Positions 60,715 to 64,000 of a stretch of 64,000 nucleotides of DNA are shown here, one piece after another. Numbering within the stretch: the first letter of the stretch is position 1; every line of letters starts with the position of its first letter. The notes below the pieces were generated by a model. That model saw only the letters and a list, made by a program, of their open reading frames with translations, made no database searches and was not told the origin of the DNA. The stretch is taken from assembly GCA_037379345.1 (NCBI GenBank), contig CM074514.1, forward strand, positions 11,284,001 to 11,348,000, written 5' to 3'. This DNA is from Perna viridis (Eukaryota). A program made the translations under genes and the position numbers.

Positions 60715-61150
60715 CTGGCAGTCTTTGATCACCTTACTGCATAGTCCATTAATAGGTGATGCAACCCATTTACCCCAAACCTAAACAGTTATTATTGGCC
60801 GTCTTTTTGTAGTCACTATTCATATGTGATTTACCCAAGCAAAACAGTTAGTATTGGCCGTCTCTTTGTAGTCGGTACTTATGTGTGATGCAACCCAATT
60901 ACCCCATTATAAACAGTTATTATTGGCAGCCTTTTTGCAGCCATTGCTTATGTTTGATACAACCTAATTTACCCTAACCGAAACAATTATTATTGGCCAT
61001 CTTACTGCATACTTCCCTAATGTGTTATACAACCCAATTAACCCAAGCCTAAACAATTATTCTTGGCCATCTTACTGCAGACTTCCTTGACAATGGCGTA
61101 ACTCATTTAGCTAAGACTAAACAATGTATTACTGCTGGACTCCTTGGACA
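60715..61150. repeat. ~69-bp degenerate tandem repeat (about 6 copies) upstream of MHC-B
   Basis: Units GTGATGCAACCCA.TTACCC.AA.CTAAACAGTTATTATTGGCCGTCTT..TG(C/T)AG start near 60756, 60826, 60885, 60954 and 61022. Confidence 0.8.
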
Positions 61151-62435
61151 ATGTTTTTCTTGGCTCGCCTGTTGTTTTTGCTGTTGTGTCCAGAGTAGTA
61201 TTTCTTACCCTTCCTGTTATTGTTATGGTATGTTGTACCAAACCGTCCTCTGCTTCTTTCTTTTTGTCTTTTTTCTTGATCATGTGACTTGGGGTTATTA
61301 CTGATTTTTTTAAAATAAAGTTTAAGTATGGAACTATAAAATTTTCTATGCTTCCCTCATATAATTCTTGCGTATTTTAACGTGTTATAAAGTCCTCTTG
61401 ATAGGATTGTGTTTGTATCGCATGTGAAATTTATTGAATTATTTTTACATTAGTGACGATGGTTTTAAATAATAAATTGTCTTTACGATATTTATTCTTT
61501 TAAGCATTTTTTTTTTATTTTCGGGCTCTTTATTTTTATCCTTGTTCGTTTTGATATTACCACATCTGGTAAAGTGCTAACATTGATTGAAATTTTCCGA
61601 TGGTTTACAAAGATAATTTATTTACATATGTAAAGAGTGATGTAATCACTGTACAACCATATGTCCACATGCTGTACCCTCCGGTAAATCGCAGTGCTTC
61701 TCGTCCGAAAGAACAGAACGAAAAAGTTGATTATCCCGCCCCACCCACGAAACGGTTTCTCAGCTAACACATTTAATGAATTATAATCTTACAAAAACAA
61801 TTGTTTACTCCAGCTAGAAAATTCTAATATACTAGGTAAAAATCAAGGAACGTTTAAAAGAATATGTCCCGTAATGATCGGAGTCTGACCTTGCTAACAT
61901 CTCTAAAGTTAGTAATGCACGAAGGTCGACAAGTGCAAATTACTATTTAATAAGAGAAAACCATACAAGAGTTGAATGTACGATGTGCATGGAGGTCGAC
62001 CAAGGTATCTTTACTAAGCAAAATTTTATTATTATTCTAACATTATTGTAATTAATTTCTTTCATTTCTTAAATGCTATCATTTTGAGGCGTATTGAGTA
62101 ACTTGCTTATGTAATTTTTATCATATTTTACAATTTAAAAATAAAGAGTTATAAACATTTATTACGTATAACTAAAAGGGGTAACAACAAAATAACCGAA
62201 CATTAACCCGATCCATACAAGTCAAGTCCAAAACAAATTTGGCAAAATAGGTATTACAGCACAGGAGCAGCTGGTGCCACAGTGGTCTTGACTTGGTATA
62301 GGCATTTCAAACGAAACGGTAAATTTAATCTAGGTTTTACAGCGCGCTAAACCTCCCTCTCCACTCCAATCATTACTCATTATTTTAAATGATAGTAAGC
62401 ATACATAAAATTTAAACTTTTTTTTTAAATGTTGT

Positions 62436-62583
62436 TAAGGAATGACTTTATATAGTTTTTGGTCTATGAAGAAATAACCTCAATCATGCGGTGCGCACTA
62501 TAACACAGGTTATTTTAAAGTGTGCACCACGGGCATTGAGGTTTTAAATAGACGGAAAATAATAATGTGTCAGTCATTCCTTA
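62436..62583. mobile_element. Palindromic MITE-like element (same family as 1258-1436)
   Basis: Termini TAAGGAATGACT ... AGTCATTCCTTA; internal palindromic arms AACCTCAAT..GGTGCGCAC / GTGCACC..ATTGAGGTT. Confidence 0.65.
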
Positions 62584-64000
62584 TAATTTAGTTCTAGTAT
62601 CAATTGTCAGTCCCTGCAAAAATCAGGCAGTAGGTAAAACATTGGACCATTGAGTTACAATTTCATTGAAATGCACTAAAAATGAACATTTCAAGGGCAG
62701 ATAACTTTGTCAAAAACCTAATTTTTCTTACAATATTTTTCTCAAATTAATTTATTCATCAGTAACTTAAGTGTTATAGTTTACATTATTTAAAGTATGT
62801 GTTCAAGATGACATGAAAAATGAAGTTCTTGCTCAGACATTTGAGGTTGTTTGGTTATTGCCTGTGGGAAATATCTTTTTTTAAATTTTAATAGCGAAGT
62901 TTGCCTCGATTGAACGATTTACCAGTGTTATAAATGTTTTGTTACTATTCATTATCAATACCCTGAAAAATACAGACGTACTGAAGAATATATCTATTTG
63001 AATGTCACTTCTGATTATACAACATATACATCATTAAAAGCAACCAAATACTTGAATACAAATGTCATTCTGAAAAGAATGATGAGAGACGATATAGTTA
63101 AAGATTAAAATGTTTAATTATATTGATTTTTTATGTAAACTGTAAACATGAATATGGAAGTAATTGCAACTAAAAATCAAAAGATCACTTTGATCTCATT
63201 ATATGTTAAAATGGAGTTAAACGATTTCCATGTACGAAAAATGTCAAGTAAAGTTTACCCTTGATAGTATTGGAGTATCCCAACTTAAAAATGTTAAAAA
63301 CATCTTTTTATTTCTATGGTAGGAAAAGAAAAGTTTCATATAAAATATAGAACACTGTGATATGATAATTCATTATCGTACATGATGAACCATAATCGCA
63401 CCACAATTTAATTGGAAAAGGAGAAGTTTTTGGATTTAAAATCTTTACTTAAAAAAACTAAGGTAGAGTATTTCCAGATTATAAATTGATGTTGCTCTTT
63501 GAAGACACAGAAATTTTTTTTTTCTGTTGCTAGCGAAACATATCACAGGGGATATTGATTTGCATTTATGTTTCTAAAACCAAACTCTTTGAACAGCTGA
63601 AACCGTGTTTGCATTCTTCAATATGAATATTTATTTAGCACTATGTGCATCTACGGCTAACCCTGATAAAAACAACATAGAACAGAAGATTAAACTGTAG
63701 TCCTGTCTTCAAAATATCTTTTGAAATATTTGTGTTGATGTCAAAATGCAGAAGTGTGATAGGTTCCTGTTAGGGTGTCAGGGTTCTGTGTTTGCGGGGC
63801 AATCATTAATTTTCGATCGTTTTTACTTATTCGGATATCTTTTCTTCTCATAAACAATTGAGCACGAGTATCTCATATCTGGTATTTACTTAGGCTCTTT
63901 TCCTGTTCAGAAAGCTTTTTAATTTGTCAATTCATGCACCGTTTTGTTCTTGTTTATCCTAATTGCCCTTTCAGACATTTTTGGGGGGTTTTGTATGAAC

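Overview
AT-rich, intron-rich animal genomic DNA, most likely from a mytilid bivalve (inferred from the molluscan-type myosin neck sequence and bivalve-style repeats). Three protein-coding genes can be rebuilt by hand from GT-AG splice sites with consistent reading phase. (1) The 3' part of exportin-6 (XPO6) on +: 19 exons, 877-17288, N-terminus outside the window. (2, 3) Two complete tandem muscle myosin-II heavy chain genes on -: MHC-B (58566-45286, 24 coding exons, 1945 aa) followed by MHC-A (40477-24558, 31 coding exons, 1938 aa), each with a candidate TATA promoter and a tiny non-coding first exon. The most notable structure is: nine precise intron differences in MHC-B (probably losses) in a mostly alternating pattern; patches of near-identical DNA between otherwise diverged paralogs (gene-conversion-like); tandemly duplicated 3' splice sites that would introduce in-frame stops in both XPO6 (3 copies) and MHC-B (2 copies); a one-residue-plus-stop cassette exon at the MHC-B tail; and an ETS+CArG composite site in MHC-A intron 1. 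The rest is MITEs, Helitron-like elements, a degraded Penelope-like RT fragment and minisatellites. No prokaryotic-type system, CRISPR array, or tRNA/rRNA gene is supportable. Nothing here is demonstrably a new biological system; the findings are testable hypotheses.
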